Source of the DNA: Cycas panzhihuaensis
Lineage: Eukaryota > Plantae > Cycadophyta
DNA length: 64,000 nt
Direction of reading: 5' to 3'
Assembly: GCA_023213395.1 (NCBI GenBank)
Contig: CM041465.1
Coordinates: 245,465,741-245,529,740 of the forward strand
The notes beneath the pieces were generated by a model, which saw only the letters and a list, made by a program, of their open reading frames with translations, was not told where the DNA came from and did no database searches. Below, in pieces: positions 26,479 to 40,209 of the stretch. A program made the translations under genes and the position numbers. The first letter of the stretch is position 1. The number at the start of each line of letters is the position of its first letter.

Positions 26479-29400
26479 AGCTCATGGTAGAAGTCCCATG
26501 CGAGGGAGAGAAAGAAGTTCATCTCAAGGTAGAGGGAGAAGAAAACGTCTATCTCAGGGAAAGGCCTTGTGCCAAATTGCTACAAATGTGGAATGCAAGG
26601 ACATTTTTCTTATGAATGTCAAAGGAATGATTTAGCCAATACAACTGCTGACAATTCAAGGAAGGAAAATCTTTTCTATACTAGTCTGAATGTTCAATCT
26701 TCAAATGATCAAACTGATGAGTGGTATATTGATTTTGGATGTTCCACACATATGTCCTACAATGCTAGGTTTTCCAAACTTGAGGAAGGCAAAGAGCAAA
26801 GGAAAGTCATTTTTGGCAAATGACAATACTCAAGAAATTCAAGGACAAGTAGTTGTATCCATTCAAACAAATAGTGGAGAACATAAAAATATCTAGAATG
26901 TGTTATTTGTACCTGGATTGAAGAAGAACTTGTTATCTATTGGACATATGATGGAACAACTATACAAGTTGGTATTTGATAATAGTGAATGTGAAATTAG
27001 GGATAAGTTGAATAATGGCATGATTGTTGCTAAATGCCAAATGATTAAGGATAGATTATTCAAACTTGTTCTTTCTCCATAAATTCAAGTCCTAGATACT
27101 TCAGTTTCAGATGAAAGTATACTTTGGCATCATTGATTTGGATATTTGAATTATGGTAGTTTTATTACTTTGAGAAAGAAAGAAATGGTTATATGACTTT
27201 CATTTATACAAAATAATAACAATGTGTGTGAAGTTTTCTAGATTCTAAATTCCAATCTAGATATCCATTACAGTTAGTGCATGTTGATTTGTGTGGTTCG
27301 ATGAGAACACCTACATTTGGAAATTCTAGATTGTTCTTGATATCGCTGATGATTTTACAAGGAAAAGTTGGGTATATTTTCTTAGAGAAAAATTTGAAAC
27401 ATTTTTGAGATTTGTTGAATTCAATGTAATGGATGAATGACAAAGTGGCTACATGTTACTGATTCTTTGTTCAAATAATGGTGGAGAATTTATCTCAAAT
27501 GATTTCAAAAACTTTTGTAACAATGTTGGAATAAGAAGACAGCTCACAACTCCTTATATGGAGTTGTTGAAAGAAAGATCAGAACAATTGTTGAAATGGC
27601 TAGATGCATGTAGTAAGCTGAAGCAGTAAGCATTGTAGTATATATGTGGAATAAAAATCCTACTAAAGCATTAAAGGACTCAACTCTAGAAGAAGCTTGG
27701 ACTAGTTACATATGAAATGTATCTAACTTGAAAATTTTTGGTTGTGTTGCTTATGCACATGTTTATGATGAGAAGAGATCGGAATTAGAAAGCAAAAATT
27801 TTAAATGCATTTTCATAGGCTATTCAAGTGAACAAAAAGCCTACAAGTTGTTTGATCTAGTAGCAACGAAAAGTCTTTGTGAGTAGAGATGTGATCTTGG
27901 ATGAAAATGCAACATTCACACCTAAAGTTGATAAAGGTAAACATGTTATAGTTGAAGTTGAGTTAGAATCAACTCAACCTTCATCTTCTTCAATTCCAAG
28001 TTCAAGCTCAATTCCAAACTCAAGTTCGACTCTGAGTTCTTCAACCAGCCCAAGTTAAGAACAAGTAGAGGTCATAAATGGCTCATTAGAAGTCATAATT
28101 TAAATGCAATGCTTGATAGAAATTTTGAGAAAATATTAACAAGATCACAAGCAAGAGTAAATTATGCTTTAATGACTCAAGTGATGCAAAATAATGAACC
28201 TTGGTCCTTTGAAGAATCTATTGAAAGTGAGTATTGGATTGAAGCAATGGGCGTTTAATATGATGCTTTGTACATAAATGGAACATGGGATTTGGTAGAG
28301 TTACCCACCAACAAAGAAGTAATTGGAACTAAGTGGGTGTACAAAACCATGTACAAAGTTGATGGTTCGATTGATAAATACAAGGCAAGGCTTGTTGCAA
28401 AGGGTTATGCTCAACAAGAAGGCATAGAGTATGAAGAAACCTTTGCTCTTGTTGCTAGGATAGATACAATCAAGAGTGTCTTATCTTTAACTGTTCATCA
28501 AGGTTGGATTATATATCAGATGGATATAAAGTCAACACTTTTTAATGGATATGTTGACGAGGAAATTTATGTTTCTTAGCGTCAATGTTTTGAAGTTGAA
28601 GGACGTGGACACTTAGTGTGCAAATTGAAGAAAGCATTATATGGATTGAAGCAAGCTCCTAGAGCTCGGTATTCCAGAATTGGTATGTACTTTTAGCATA
28701 AGGGATATATGAAAAGGCCATCGGACTCCAATCTGTATGTGAAGACTATAGGTACTTCAATTTTGATGATTGTTCTCTATGTTGATGATCCTATGTATAT
28801 GGGAAACAATGATGAGATGCTTCAAGAATTCAAGAAAGACATGAATTTAGAGTTCGAGATCACAGACTTAGGACAATTGCATTACTTTCTTGGTATTGAG
28901 ATTTGGCAAAGTGAAAGTCTCATTCACATGTCACAAAGTGAATATGCTATGGACATATTGAAGAAGTTCAACATGGGTAATCGTTACTCAAACTCTACTC
29001 TTATTGAAGGTGGGTTGAAGTTAAGTACGAATGAAGATTTCATTTTAGTCGATTCTACTTTGTATTGTCAATTAATAGGAAATCTAATTTATTTGACGAA
29101 TACTTGACCATATATAGCATATGCATTTAATTTGACGTCTAGATTCATGTTAGATCCTAAGCAAGAACACTAGATTACAACAAAGAGAATTTTTAGATAT
29201 ATTAAAGGAACATTGAATTATGGATTCCAATATACTCCATTAGATGAATGTAGATTGGTTGGTTATACAGACGCTGACTGGGCATGTGATGTTGAATACA
29301 AAATCAATTTCAAGTTATGTATTCAATATTATTTCAATGTCAATGGCATGGAACACAAAGAAACAAAACTTTCAATTTTATTATCTACAACTGAAGTAGA

Positions 29401-30032
29401 ATATAAAGTAGTTGAAGTAGCAACCCAAGAAGCAAGTAGTTGAAGTAGCAACTCAAGAAGCAGTGTGGATCATGAGGATACTGGAAGACCTACAATAACC
29501 TCAAAATGAAACTACAATTATCTATTGTGACAATTAAAGTACAATTTAAATGACAAACAATCCAATTATGCATAACATAACAAAGCACATTGAAATCAAG
29601 CATCACTACATTAGAGAGTTAATTCAATAAGGATAGATTGAACTTCATCATTGCAAGATCGAAGATTAAGTTGCAAATATTCTTACCAAGGCATTGTCGA
29701 ATGTCAAATATTGTCAACACAGAGAAAGTCTTGGAGTTGTCCCAAATATGCATTATGGGGGGGTATTAGAAAATAATGTGCATTTGTATAATTAAATGTA
29801 ATTGGTCATGTAAAAGGTCATAAGTGATTGATCATTAAAAAGATCAAATATGATTGGCTATGAGACACATGTTGTTCGCATATGTCCACAAAGTACTATA
29901 TAAAGACGTAATGCGTGATGTAAAGTACGTTAGAAAATTTATCTATCATCATGTTGCTGCCAATTTAATTGAAGGTATTTCACAATACCATATTGATCTT
30001 GGGCAAATCTTGTGTTGTTTATTTTCCTAACC
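26479..30032 (+). mobile_element. Old Copia E, from gag C-terminus to 3' LTR (~29764-30032), interrupted in gag by B
   Basis: Begins mid-gag (RGRGR, CYKCGMQGHFSYEC) right after the 3' LTR of [27 protein letters not shown]-run PPT at 29757-29763, then TATTAGAAAA...TTTTCCTAAC. Confidence 0.88.
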
Positions 30033-30581
30033 CCATCAGTGTCACATAGTCCCAAGATTGTTTTTATGCAGGATAGTTACAAGCATATGTAGGGTCAGGT
30101 TACATATCAATTATGTCCAACAGAATGTAGAAGAGTGGACCGAATTATTACGACATACATGACTTAATAGACTGTAGATTGAAGAATATGTCAAAGGTGG
30201 GCTCCAAGCAACTCCACATGCAACAATTTATACTTCAAGGGCAAAGTATTTTAAGGGGAGGATAGTTGTTATTAGGAGAGAGAATAAGAAGCTAGTTTTT
30301 AGAGAGATTAAAATGGGGTCCAACCTAGGGCTATAAATAGGAGAGCACTATTCATTTGTAAGCATCTTGGAGAATCATTATTTTTATCTAGAACGATGGC
30401 CTAAGGCCATTTGGGCATTATTGTGCCCTTGGGATGAAATCCTCGCCTCGAAGAGGGCAATTATTGTTCAGTTCTCATCTAATATAATTTTCATTTGCTG
30501 TTGTAAATCTAATATTATTTTATATTAAGAGCTATTATGTAGGATATTTTTGTTGTACTTGCTATGTCTTTTGTTATAACA
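30033..30581 (+). mobile_element. 3' end of a Gypsy-type element F: pol tail, PPT ~30253-30266, LTR 30267-30581
   Basis: cttcaagggcaaag...taaggggagg resembles the pol-end/PPT sequence of the other Gypsy elements in this window. LTR TGTTAT...ATAACA with TATAAATA. Confidence 0.65.
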
Positions 30582-31808
30582 TCTGTGGGCTTGCCACAAC
30601 TGTCACTTATCTGAGCATTTGGCTTTTTGAACATTTGGTTCTGTAGATCTATACCTTCAATAAGACTTTGCAAACACAACATTAGGCACAAATTTTTACT
30701 AGCATTCCATGGACTTTTATAGACTTCATGGACTTACCAATGCCCATTTTCAGGCGATCTAGTTTCAATTGCCATACTCCACATCTAGCATCAAAATTTC
30801 TTGAAGTGCCATGTGCCATCAACAACTTTGTTACCATGGGTGTCTAAGTTTGCTATGTGGGCCTCAAGCAATTGGCAACTACACACCACCCATCACCATA
30901 GCAAGGTGATTAGGCATCTTGCAACACTCTCTTCATAGGTCACTTCAAGGTGGTCCTTGTGACCTCATTCCATGCTCATAACTATCTCATCATCCTCTAA
31001 GACCTTGTTCATGCATACACTTTTTATTCTCCTAGCAAAAAAGACTTAAATAAATGAAATGTGGACTCACCATTAAAAAAACCTTGCATGCAATATATGT
31101 AGGCTAGCTATGTTCATAAACATTCGTCCATGAAATCAATTTTTGAAAAATTCTCACTGTAGTTAAGGATCCCAGTATCACAACATATGTGCAACTCGTT
31201 CTCCTTCATAACTGTCCAATATATTGGGCATAACTTTTACAAATAGGTTCTAATGAAACACATCTAAGCAAATATAATTAGTACATCTACAAGATCCAAG
31301 CCATGGCTTTGGCAATCATAAATTCTCGTGATCCAACTGTCAACTCCAAGGATCACCATTAGCTTTGATACCATGTTAGAAAATGCGCTAGGATCATTAT
31401 AAAATGATGTGACAAATTATGTCTAAATTCAATAAGTTCAATATAACAAGTGACAGATGATGTGTAAAATATGAATTAATTAAACATGAAATATATAAAA
31501 ATGAAATAATTATTATAACACAAGACAATAAGTTTTGGGGAAATGACCATATCCATTTTTGTATTATGAAAGAATACATATCTAAAGATGTAATTCACCT
31601 CATGGATGTCAAATGATATTGGAGAATCTCTAAATTAACCTATGATGAAATACATGAACATGTGAGCTCTAAAAACACACATGTCAATGACGTCCCCCAA
31701 TTAATGTCTATGCAATTGTGCACCTCTTTATCATGGCTATGCACAACTTTTGAGGGATGACTAATACAATAATGATGGATCTACCATTGATTAAACATTA
31801 TTTTCACA
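30582..31808 (-). mobile_element. Very decayed minus-strand LTR element G (probably Copia): LTR ~31374-31808, PBS 31362-31373, gag remnants
   Basis: GCTTTGATACCA (reverse complement of a Met PBS) abuts TGTTAGAAAA. A knuckle-like remnant (CGKP) sits on the minus strand at the junction with F. Confidence 0.5.
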
Positions 31809-32429
31809 TATAGGGTAGTACAATTTTATTAGTTGGATGGAGAACTACCGTCTAAGGTTGTAATTGGCAATAGATTGGAATGTTATTGATGCTAAATAGA
31901 AAAGAAGAGAAGAAAAAGAAAATGGGAAAAAAAAGATACTAAAAGACAAGATTCTGGTGCTAGGAGAAATGCAATAGGATCATGAGCACTTCAAGCAAGA
32001 TCAAATGCATTGAGAGAATCATAAGCATTGACTTTGTGATTGGAAAAGGTTGGTCCATGAACAACTGAGGGAGGATCACAAGGTGTAGAATTAGAGTCGT
32101 TGGAAATAAATGGTCGAGATTAGATTTGGGAAAGTCACGACCTGGTAAGGTGGAAAAAGAGGTGGATACAACTCCCTTTAGGGAAATGACAATTGTAATA
32201 ATGACTTGGACGATGATTCTTTTCATCCTTACATTGCAATCAAGTAACCGTCATGAATCAACCAACATGGCTAGGTTGATTAACATCTCAAACGAATTAA
32301 ATTTAGAATGATCTCAACACACAATGAATAGTAACATCAGTAGCAGGTTTAGTTGGTTTGATTGATGGTCAACAATGGTGAATATGGTGCCAATCCCTGA
32401 CCTACTTGATTGGGATATTACTAAAAGGG

Positions 32430-34930
32430 AGTGAGACAGCTAGTGCATTTGCATAGAATGGCAAGGTATGAAGAAAGCCTGGGTTAGTGCCAGCTTTTGA
32501 AAGTTCAAGCAAATTACTCCATTGCATTTAAACAACAAATTGTTAGTTGTAGTAGTGGGCATGCATATAGAATAACCTACAATTCTAGCCTGACATCTAC
32601 CATAGTAGTTTTGATATGGGTTGTCAATTCCAGTGGACAAGAAAGTTGACCAATGAACAATTGCTCAAGAATTGAGGGCGATTGATGTCGATATCTCCTC
32701 CTTGGGAATTCAAATTATGGGCATCCAACAAGAAAAAATTCAATGGATTGCCTACTTTTTGGTTGTTCGAGTCATTCTACGGAAAAAGAATTAAAACATT
32801 CCAACTAACTTGACATCAATTGTTATGAGGGTTGCAATAGGTCATCGACTCAATTGGACCGAATACACTGTAGAGAAAGTTAGGAAGAACCTAAGCATAG
32901 TTCATATGGCTCAAAGTTTAGCCTTTTCCTTCCATTTGGCTTTGATTCATGGACTACTTTTCGAACAACACCTGGTGTAGGAACTTCCAGAGCAAGATCT
33001 TCGAGAGAACTAGCCTTAGCTACTTAAATGGATTGTGGTGTTACGACATGATTCTATCACTCCTAAACAAGTAACTTTGTTTCAGAAGGTGTAGCCTCAT
33101 TGAGATGGTTGTATGGTAGGTGGAAATAGGTGAAGCAAACATTAGCTCGAGAACCAATAGATGTAGAAGACAATACGTGTCTTGAATAGGAGGAGGAACA
33201 AAGGAAACACTACAAGGGCCCCGAATTGGTAAAGCTAAGACCTAAAAGGTAGAGGTGGAAGATAGGACTCCTTGAAGGAAGAGGAGATTATAGTTGCAAA
33301 AAGATAATCTATCGTAGGAGGATTTGGTACAACAAAACCACCAATGCATGTATCTCTAGGAGTTGAACAAGTGCGAACAAGTAAACAGAATGGTGACAAC
33401 AAAGAGTTTGAAGAGATAATCATATGCAAAAAGAAGATAGTTGTGCCTCTCGCACTTCCTAAACCTTGCCCATAGAAGCCTTGTTCGCCTAACGCATTTG
33501 GTTGAAGCGTTCACTCTTAAAGTTGAAGAAGGAAAGGATCTTTTAGAGGATGATTGTGTTCTTGAAGAAGGTATGAATCCTAAGCAGTGTAATCCTATGA
33601 ATATTTCACAATGGAAGTTGTGTTTCACAATGAAGCTATAGGGAAGGCCACATGGTAGTTGGTTTGCAAATTGGTCGTACATGCAATTGATTAAGGATTT
33701 GAATGACCTACAAGAGCAGTTGGAGACAAAAGGAAAAGTTACAAATTTTGAGGAAATTCGTAAAACTCTAGGGCAACTATGTTTCAAAGATTTCAAACAA
33801 GTTGGAGACACTCAAGGAAAATTTTCATCACAAGATTTTTTAGAGGGACTGCATGAAACCATTGAGGGATTGGAAGCTTGGATACTACACGTTAATCAGC
33901 ATCTGGTTGAAATTTGGTCACTATAGTTAGCATTTTCTTAGGCAAGGTTGGATCTGCTTGAAGTAAAAAAGAAGAAGATAGACCTGTAGAAGACAATTGA
34001 GACATTCCATGAGAAAACTAAGCTAATAATGTAAAAGATGGAAGAGAAGTTCAATAAGGATCATGAAAATAAGTTATTGGAGGAACTTTAGATTTCAATC
34101 CCCAAGGACGTCACAAGGCGATATGAAGAAGAACACAATGCATTTTGGGAAACCCATAACTATATTGGGTACATTATTTGAGAAGGGAAAAGGGAGAAAA
34201 AACATTGAATAAGAGAGGCAGGAAGGTTAGCATCCTGACTAGTGGAGTAATTATAAAATTTTAAGGGTTAGAAATAGGAAGTAGGATAATTGTTTTTTTA
34301 AATTTTGTAACTATGAGTTTGAGCGAGGATGCACAATGGAGTTTGGGCAGGCAAGATGCGTACAAGCTAATTATCTAAAGTGGAATTTGGCAAGTTCCTA
34401 GAAGAAGTTGAGAAATTGGAGAAACAAGTTGTGAATAATTTGCTATAGATTGCAATTCATGAATATATTTGATCAAGAATGAATACAGATCATGACCAAT
34501 AAGCACAATTTGGGAACTTTGTACTAATTAGGAAAAAGAAGTAAATTTATGTCTTTTGTATATAATGTGAAAGTAGTTGATCAATTAGTTGGATGGTTAG
34601 TTGATTAGTTGGTAGTTAGAAAGGGATATATAGAAGTAAGGAAGATGTAATTCTTAGGACACTCTTTGGTCATGTGCTATGAAGATTAGGTTGTCTTGTT
34701 TTGTTTGAAGCAACTACATTTTATTGTATCTATGGATCTGTGTTTGGTTGTGAGAGGATCTAATGGAGATTCTTCTCTTAGAACTACATATTGAATATTC
34801 TATGATGTGTTGATTGTTCTTGAGAAACTTTTTGTGCTTCATTTGCTCTAATTATATATGCCCTAGTTGTCTGCCTTTGTGTTAGACGATTAGTGTCACG
34901 AGGCAAATGGAGTGCATGAAGAACGTATAC
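32430..34930 (+). mobile_element. 3' remnant H of a Gypsy related to J: decayed extra ORF (~32430-34200) and probable 3' LTR (~34357-34930)
   Basis: Translated fragments align with the extra ORF of J (GIQIMGI..RVIL..KN.IPTNL..VA.G.RLNW; LEEGMNPKQCNP...W; LEAWIL). LTR limits are approximate. Confidence 0.75.
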
Positions 34931-35235
34931 TTATCGATGGCCACAAATATGCAGTGTGTATATGTTTATTGCCATGTTTGATATTTTGCTTGATGCTCAT
35001 GTTTGGTAATCGTGATTGACACCATGCAAAGATGAGCATGTGAATCTTGTGAGAAGATTGTGAAGAGAAAGATGGTATGCAGCCGAACCATAGACAAGGG
35101 TTGAGAACTTATATTTCTCTCTAGGGTTTGAATGGTGGGTCTACAAGAGAGTGTGAAGGTACGTCTTGATGAGGACTATAAATGGCCTTCACGATTGATG
35201 GATAAGCATGGTTACTGGGATCTCAAACCCACCTA

Positions 35236-35360
35236 GTAGAGTTTGCAAACTAGGTTCAAACTTGAACCTGATTTGTGGGTTCACCTAGGCTTGGCCTAAT
35301 GCTTGCCTAGCCAAACCCAACTTAACTAGCCGAAAACCTGGTTGAACTCAATGAACCAAC
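35236..35360. mobile_element. Possible hAT/MITE-like terminal fragment
   Basis: TAGAGTTTGCAAA start followed by dense GGTTC/AACC subterminal-type motifs. No partner end found. Confidence 0.3.
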
Positions 35361-35480
35361 ATACAAATCTATACATGACACCACTTAAAAATCAAATAAA
35401 TACTTTAAGAAAATTGCATTCAAAGCAAGCAACGGAAAGAGAAAGGTGTGTAAATAAGATTGCATGTTGAAAAGTCTTCC

Positions 35481-38400
35481 TGTAGCAATCTTACAACTTC
35501 TTCTATAGGATTTATGAATAGACAACTCCCAAAAATAGATAACAATCCAAAGATATACTAGCAAGAAGGAAAATTGCAGTAATAAATAATGAACACTAAC
35601 CACTAAATAATATCTCAAGTTTAGAAAGTAAATGCACGAAAGATACAATAGAATAAATACAAGTTACCAAGTACTCCTGCAGATTCTTCTAAAATAAACG
35701 GTCCCTCTTTGAGGCAAGGTGCCCTCCACAAATGCTGCTCTAAGGCCAAACTTACAACAGTCCAAGACTCTTGCTCTTGATGATCCTATGAGGCCAATAA
35801 TTACCCTTAAATAGGCAACCAAAAGTTGAAGAACGAAGTCGGCTAGAAAAGTTGTAATGACTGTTTTTAACAGGAATATGAAGTCAGCCAAAAACTCCTT
35901 TAAAAATAGGTACTTAAATATCTTCATGGAAGTTGGTTTCTTCTATTCATCAGGAGATCGTCCAAACAATCTTCCAAAATATTTGGAATGCTACAAGTCC
36001 CTTCCCTTGAAAGCATGCTTTGCCCTCAAAGCACAGGTAGGTCTAGATATTTCTGAAGCCATTCTTTTGTTTCCCAAGTGGCATCATTGTTATCCCTTGC
36101 CTCCCATTTAATAAGACATTCCTTGATTTCTCTGGAGTGGAGTCTTTTGGTGTGCACTTGTAGAATTCCTTGTAGCTCTATTATGACTTTTCCTTTGTTG
36201 CCAATATAGGTAAGTCTGACTGAGGCAAAGCACCTTCCTTAAGTTTTTGCTTGAGGCAAGAAACTTGGAATGCATTGTGGATGTGGTTGGTAGGAGGAAG
36301 TTCCAATTAGTATGCTACTTCCCCTATTTTGGCCAGAATTTTGTAGGGCCCAAAGAATTTAGGTTGTAGTTTGTATTAAACCCATTGTTTTATGCTGGCT
36401 TGCTTGTGTGGTTGAAGGCGAAGAAATACCCAATCCCTTGGTGTGAAAGCTTATTATGTTATGTGCAGATCAGTTTGTTGTTTCATTATATTTCTAGCCA
36501 AATTCATATTGTCCTTTAAAACTTCCAGAATGTGTTGCATATGTTGTTGTTGTTTTTGTACAGTATGGACTTTGGATGTTCGAGTCCATTTGAGAAGTGA
36601 TGCTCGTTCAAGACTATACAGGCTTGAAATGGTGTTATCTTGGTGGTGGTATGGTATGTGGTGTTATACCACCATTTAACCAAATGAAGCCATATATGCC
36701 ATTGGTGTTGTTTATTAACAATGAAGTTTCGCAAATATCCTTCTAGACATTTATTGACGGCCTCGGTTTTCCCATTGGTTGGTGGATGATATGTCGTACT
36801 CATGTTTTAGCTTGGTGCCTGCCATTTTGAATAAGTCTTGCCAAAAGTTGTTTGTAAACTTTGGATATCTGTCGCTGACAATTACTTTTGGGAAGCCATG
36901 GAGACGATAAATTTCTTTTATGAATATCTCTGTTATCTGAATAGCCTTCGCAGTTCTCTGTGTTCCCCAAAAATGAGCATATTTTGCCAGACGATCTACA
37001 ACCATGAAAATCGCATCCTTTCCTTTTGATTTATGTAACCCAATGATAAAGTCCATGGATATTTCTTCCATTTTTTGCCCTGATATAGGTAGTGGCTGGA
37101 GTAACCCTAGGATTTTTAGATTTTTGCTTTTGTTTCTTTGGCAGACATCACATTTAGATACGAATTTGTAAATTTCAGCTTTTATTCCTTTCTAAAAAAA
37201 GGTGTCTCGAATTTGCCAATTTGTTTTGTTGATGCCAATGTGTCTTCCAATCGTAGAGCAATGTGCTTCCTCTAAAATTTTTGACTTGATGGCAGATGTT
37301 GATGGAACTATTATCTTTCCTTTTCTTAAAATTAACTTTCCCTGTAGATTATACTTGGTGGTATTGTTCCCTTTTTCGATCTCTCACAAGGCTCCTTGAT
37401 ATTGAAGGTCATTTTTATAATCGTGAACTAGCTCTTCAATCCATTCGAGTGTAATGATTGTGATGTTCTGCAAGGTGGGTTGACATTCTCTGGAATTTTC
37501 AGTCGGAATCTTGGATAATGCATCGACAACCACGTTCTCCTTTCCCTTTTTATAGAGAATAAAAAATCAAAGGTATGGAGTTTGCTCATTGAGTTTTGCT
37601 ATTCATCGGAGAGTGATGTTTGGTTAAGAAAATATTTCAAACTTTCGTGATCAATTTTGACTATGAACTTGTTACCTAGAAGATACTATTGCCATTGGTG
37701 TATGGCATGCATAATTGTCAACATTTCTTTATCATAAATCAATTTGAGATGTTCTTGATTGTTAAGCTTCTTACTCTCATATGCTAAGGGTCAATCTTCT
37801 TGCAAGAGAACTACCCCTATCCCAATTCTATACGCATTACATTCGATCATAAATGGTTTGGAGAAATTAGGAGTTGCTAATATGGGAGTTGTGGTCATGG
37901 TTGCTTTTAACTCGTGAAAAGCTCCTTCTGCCTCCTGGGTCCACATGAAAGCATCTTTCTTGGTTAGATTGGTCCATGGTCCTGCTATGTGCGCATACCC
38001 CTTAATGAACCTCCGTAGGAACGTCACTACTCCTAGAAATCCATGGACCTCTGTTATGTTTTTGGGCGTTGGCCAGTTGATGCCAGCTTGAATATTCTGG
38101 GATCAATCTTTACTCCTTCTAGAGTGATGATGTGACCCAAGTACGCCAACTCTGTTTGTCCAAACATACATTTGTTCTTGTTGTCGACAAACTTTTGATC
38201 TTGTAGGAGGTGAAGAATAGTGCGTATATGTCCCAAGTATTCTTGCCAAATCTTGTTATAAATCAAAATATCATCAAAGAAGACCATAACAAATTTCCAT
38301 AAGGTTTAAGAACCTGGTTCATCGTGCTCAGGAAGTTGTAGATGCATTGGTTAAACCAAATGGCATGACTCAGAACTCAAATAATCCTTTGTGAGTTTAA

Positions 38401-38570
38401 AAGGCTGTCTTGTAAACATCCTCTGCTTTGATTCAGATTTGGCAGTAGCTTGATCGTAAGTCAATTTTTGAAAAATGTTGAGCCCCATGTAATTCATCTA
38501 ATAAATCATGTATTTGAGGGATGAGGTATTTGATTTTGATGATTAACTTATTTAAAGCGTGATAGTCTTA
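35481..38570 (-). mobile_element. Minus-strand Gypsy (chromovirus-like) I: 3' LTR 35481-35995, PPT, integrase, RNase H, RT
   Basis: LTR TGTAGCA...TGCTACA. Minus-strand ISMDFIIGL..VVDRL, YHPPTNGKTE, FFDDILIY, DYHALNK...[19 protein letters not shown]. Confidence 0.92.
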
Positions 38571-40120
38571 TGCAACATCGAGCTTGCAACACAACTGTTG
38601 ACCATCCAGTTACTGCCAGTTTAGCATAGAAAGCAAGGGTTGTAACTTTCTTAATATTGATCAAATTCAGAAATGCCTTGAACAGGCAAATTAGCTGGAA
38701 AAAAAGAAGAAGAGAAAGGCAAAAAAAGGTGGTATGAGAGCTTCGTTTTGATAAGTATGCAAAAACATAGAGCAATATGAATGGACAACTTCCAAAATAG
38801 ATGACAATCCAAAGATATACTAGCAAGAAGGAAAATTGCAAAAATAAATAATGAGCAATAACCATTGAATAATATCTCAAGTTCAGAAAGTGAAATGCAT
38901 GAAAAGATAACCAATAGAATAGATACAAGTTACCAAGTACTCTTGCAAGTGCTGCTGAAATAGGTGCCTTGCACAAATGCTGCCCTAAGGCCGAAATTAC
39001 AGCAGTCCAAGACTCTTGCTCTTAATTATCTTAATGAGGACAATAATCACCCTTAAATAGGCAGCCAAATGCTAACGAAGGAAGTCGGCCTGAAAAGCTA
39101 TAATGATTGTTTTTAACAAGAATATGAAGTCGGCCAAAAACTCCTTTAAAAGTAGGTACCTAAATATCTTCATGGAATTTGGTTTTTTAAGCTCATTAGG
39201 AGATCGCCCAAATAGCCTTCCAAAATATTTAGAATGCTACACTTCGTTTCCCCTTGAAACAATGTGTTGCACCCAAATCCCCACACCTCGATTTTGAAGA
39301 GGAACTAGGTTCTTTAAACTCTAGATCCCAAGAACCCCCGAACCCAAGAACGAGGGGGATAAGGCATCTCTTTTGTGGGCAACAAGGCCGTAATGGCAAT
39401 TGGATTTGATGGATTGGATATATTATAGAGGCCATATGGTCAAGATTTTACAAAGGAGGCACCTGTGGGTTGTTGTACTAGATCAAATCCCATATAAGTG
39501 ATAATTGGTTATTCATTGAGGTAGTGAGTTGTGTCCTCCAATCCTCAATTATACCACCTCAATTTGCATGTGGCCAATGCATTTAAGAGAGCCACACAGT
39601 TTGAGAACCTTATTTTGCATGAGATTGATATAGGAGAGGAAACTAGGGAGGATGACAACTGAGTGCAAATCAATTTTGTGTCTAAAAATAAGGCCTTGAC
39701 ACCATTTCAATGTAGGCAGTAGTAGGTGGGCACCACCCAATGAATGAGTGGGGCATTGCAGAGGATAGTAGTGGGCATAGGAGATAGTGGCCACTTATTC
39801 AAGCAATATGTTTGTTAGGAGCAATGTGCATGAGCATGCTTGATGTTGGCTTCTAAAGACCACGGTTGTGACTTTCTCATTCTCACAATTTCACTTGGAA
39901 CACATTACTTTGTATCGGTATGATGAATGAATTACTTGATAATAATCAATAAATGCTTATGCATGTTGGTTGTGTCATGTTAATCGAGATGGGGGGAGTT
40001 TTGTGTATATGGCACACTTGTTGATGGTGTTTTTTGCACCATGCCCAAAGTTATTTAGATGCAATGACCAGGTCTATGAATGTTCGGCTTAAGTATGCAA
40101 AAACATAGAGCAATATATGG
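38571..40120 (-). mobile_element. Second 3' LTR of the element-I family (~38571-39241) with PPT and decayed internal sequence, abutting the RT of I
   Basis: 38777-39241 aligns with 35514-35995, ends GAATGCTACA and is followed by a pyrimidine tract (PPT complement) rather than flanking DNA. Confidence 0.7.
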
Positions 40121-40155
40121 GTGAAAACCCTTTGCTTAAATAGGGGCAACTCCCT

Positions 40156-40209
40156 TGACTATTTATAGTTTTCTATGTGTGTGTGTGTGTGTGTATATAT
40201 GTGTGTGTG
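40156..40209. repeat. (TG)n/(TA)n microsatellite
   Basis: Direct reading of tgtgtg...tatatatgtgtgtgtg. Confidence 0.9.

Noticed and set aside
35481-39241. Treating the two similar LTRs as the 5' and 3' LTR pair of one element
   Set aside because: Both have a PPT complement on the right, there is no PBS, gag or protease between them, and the left parts differ.
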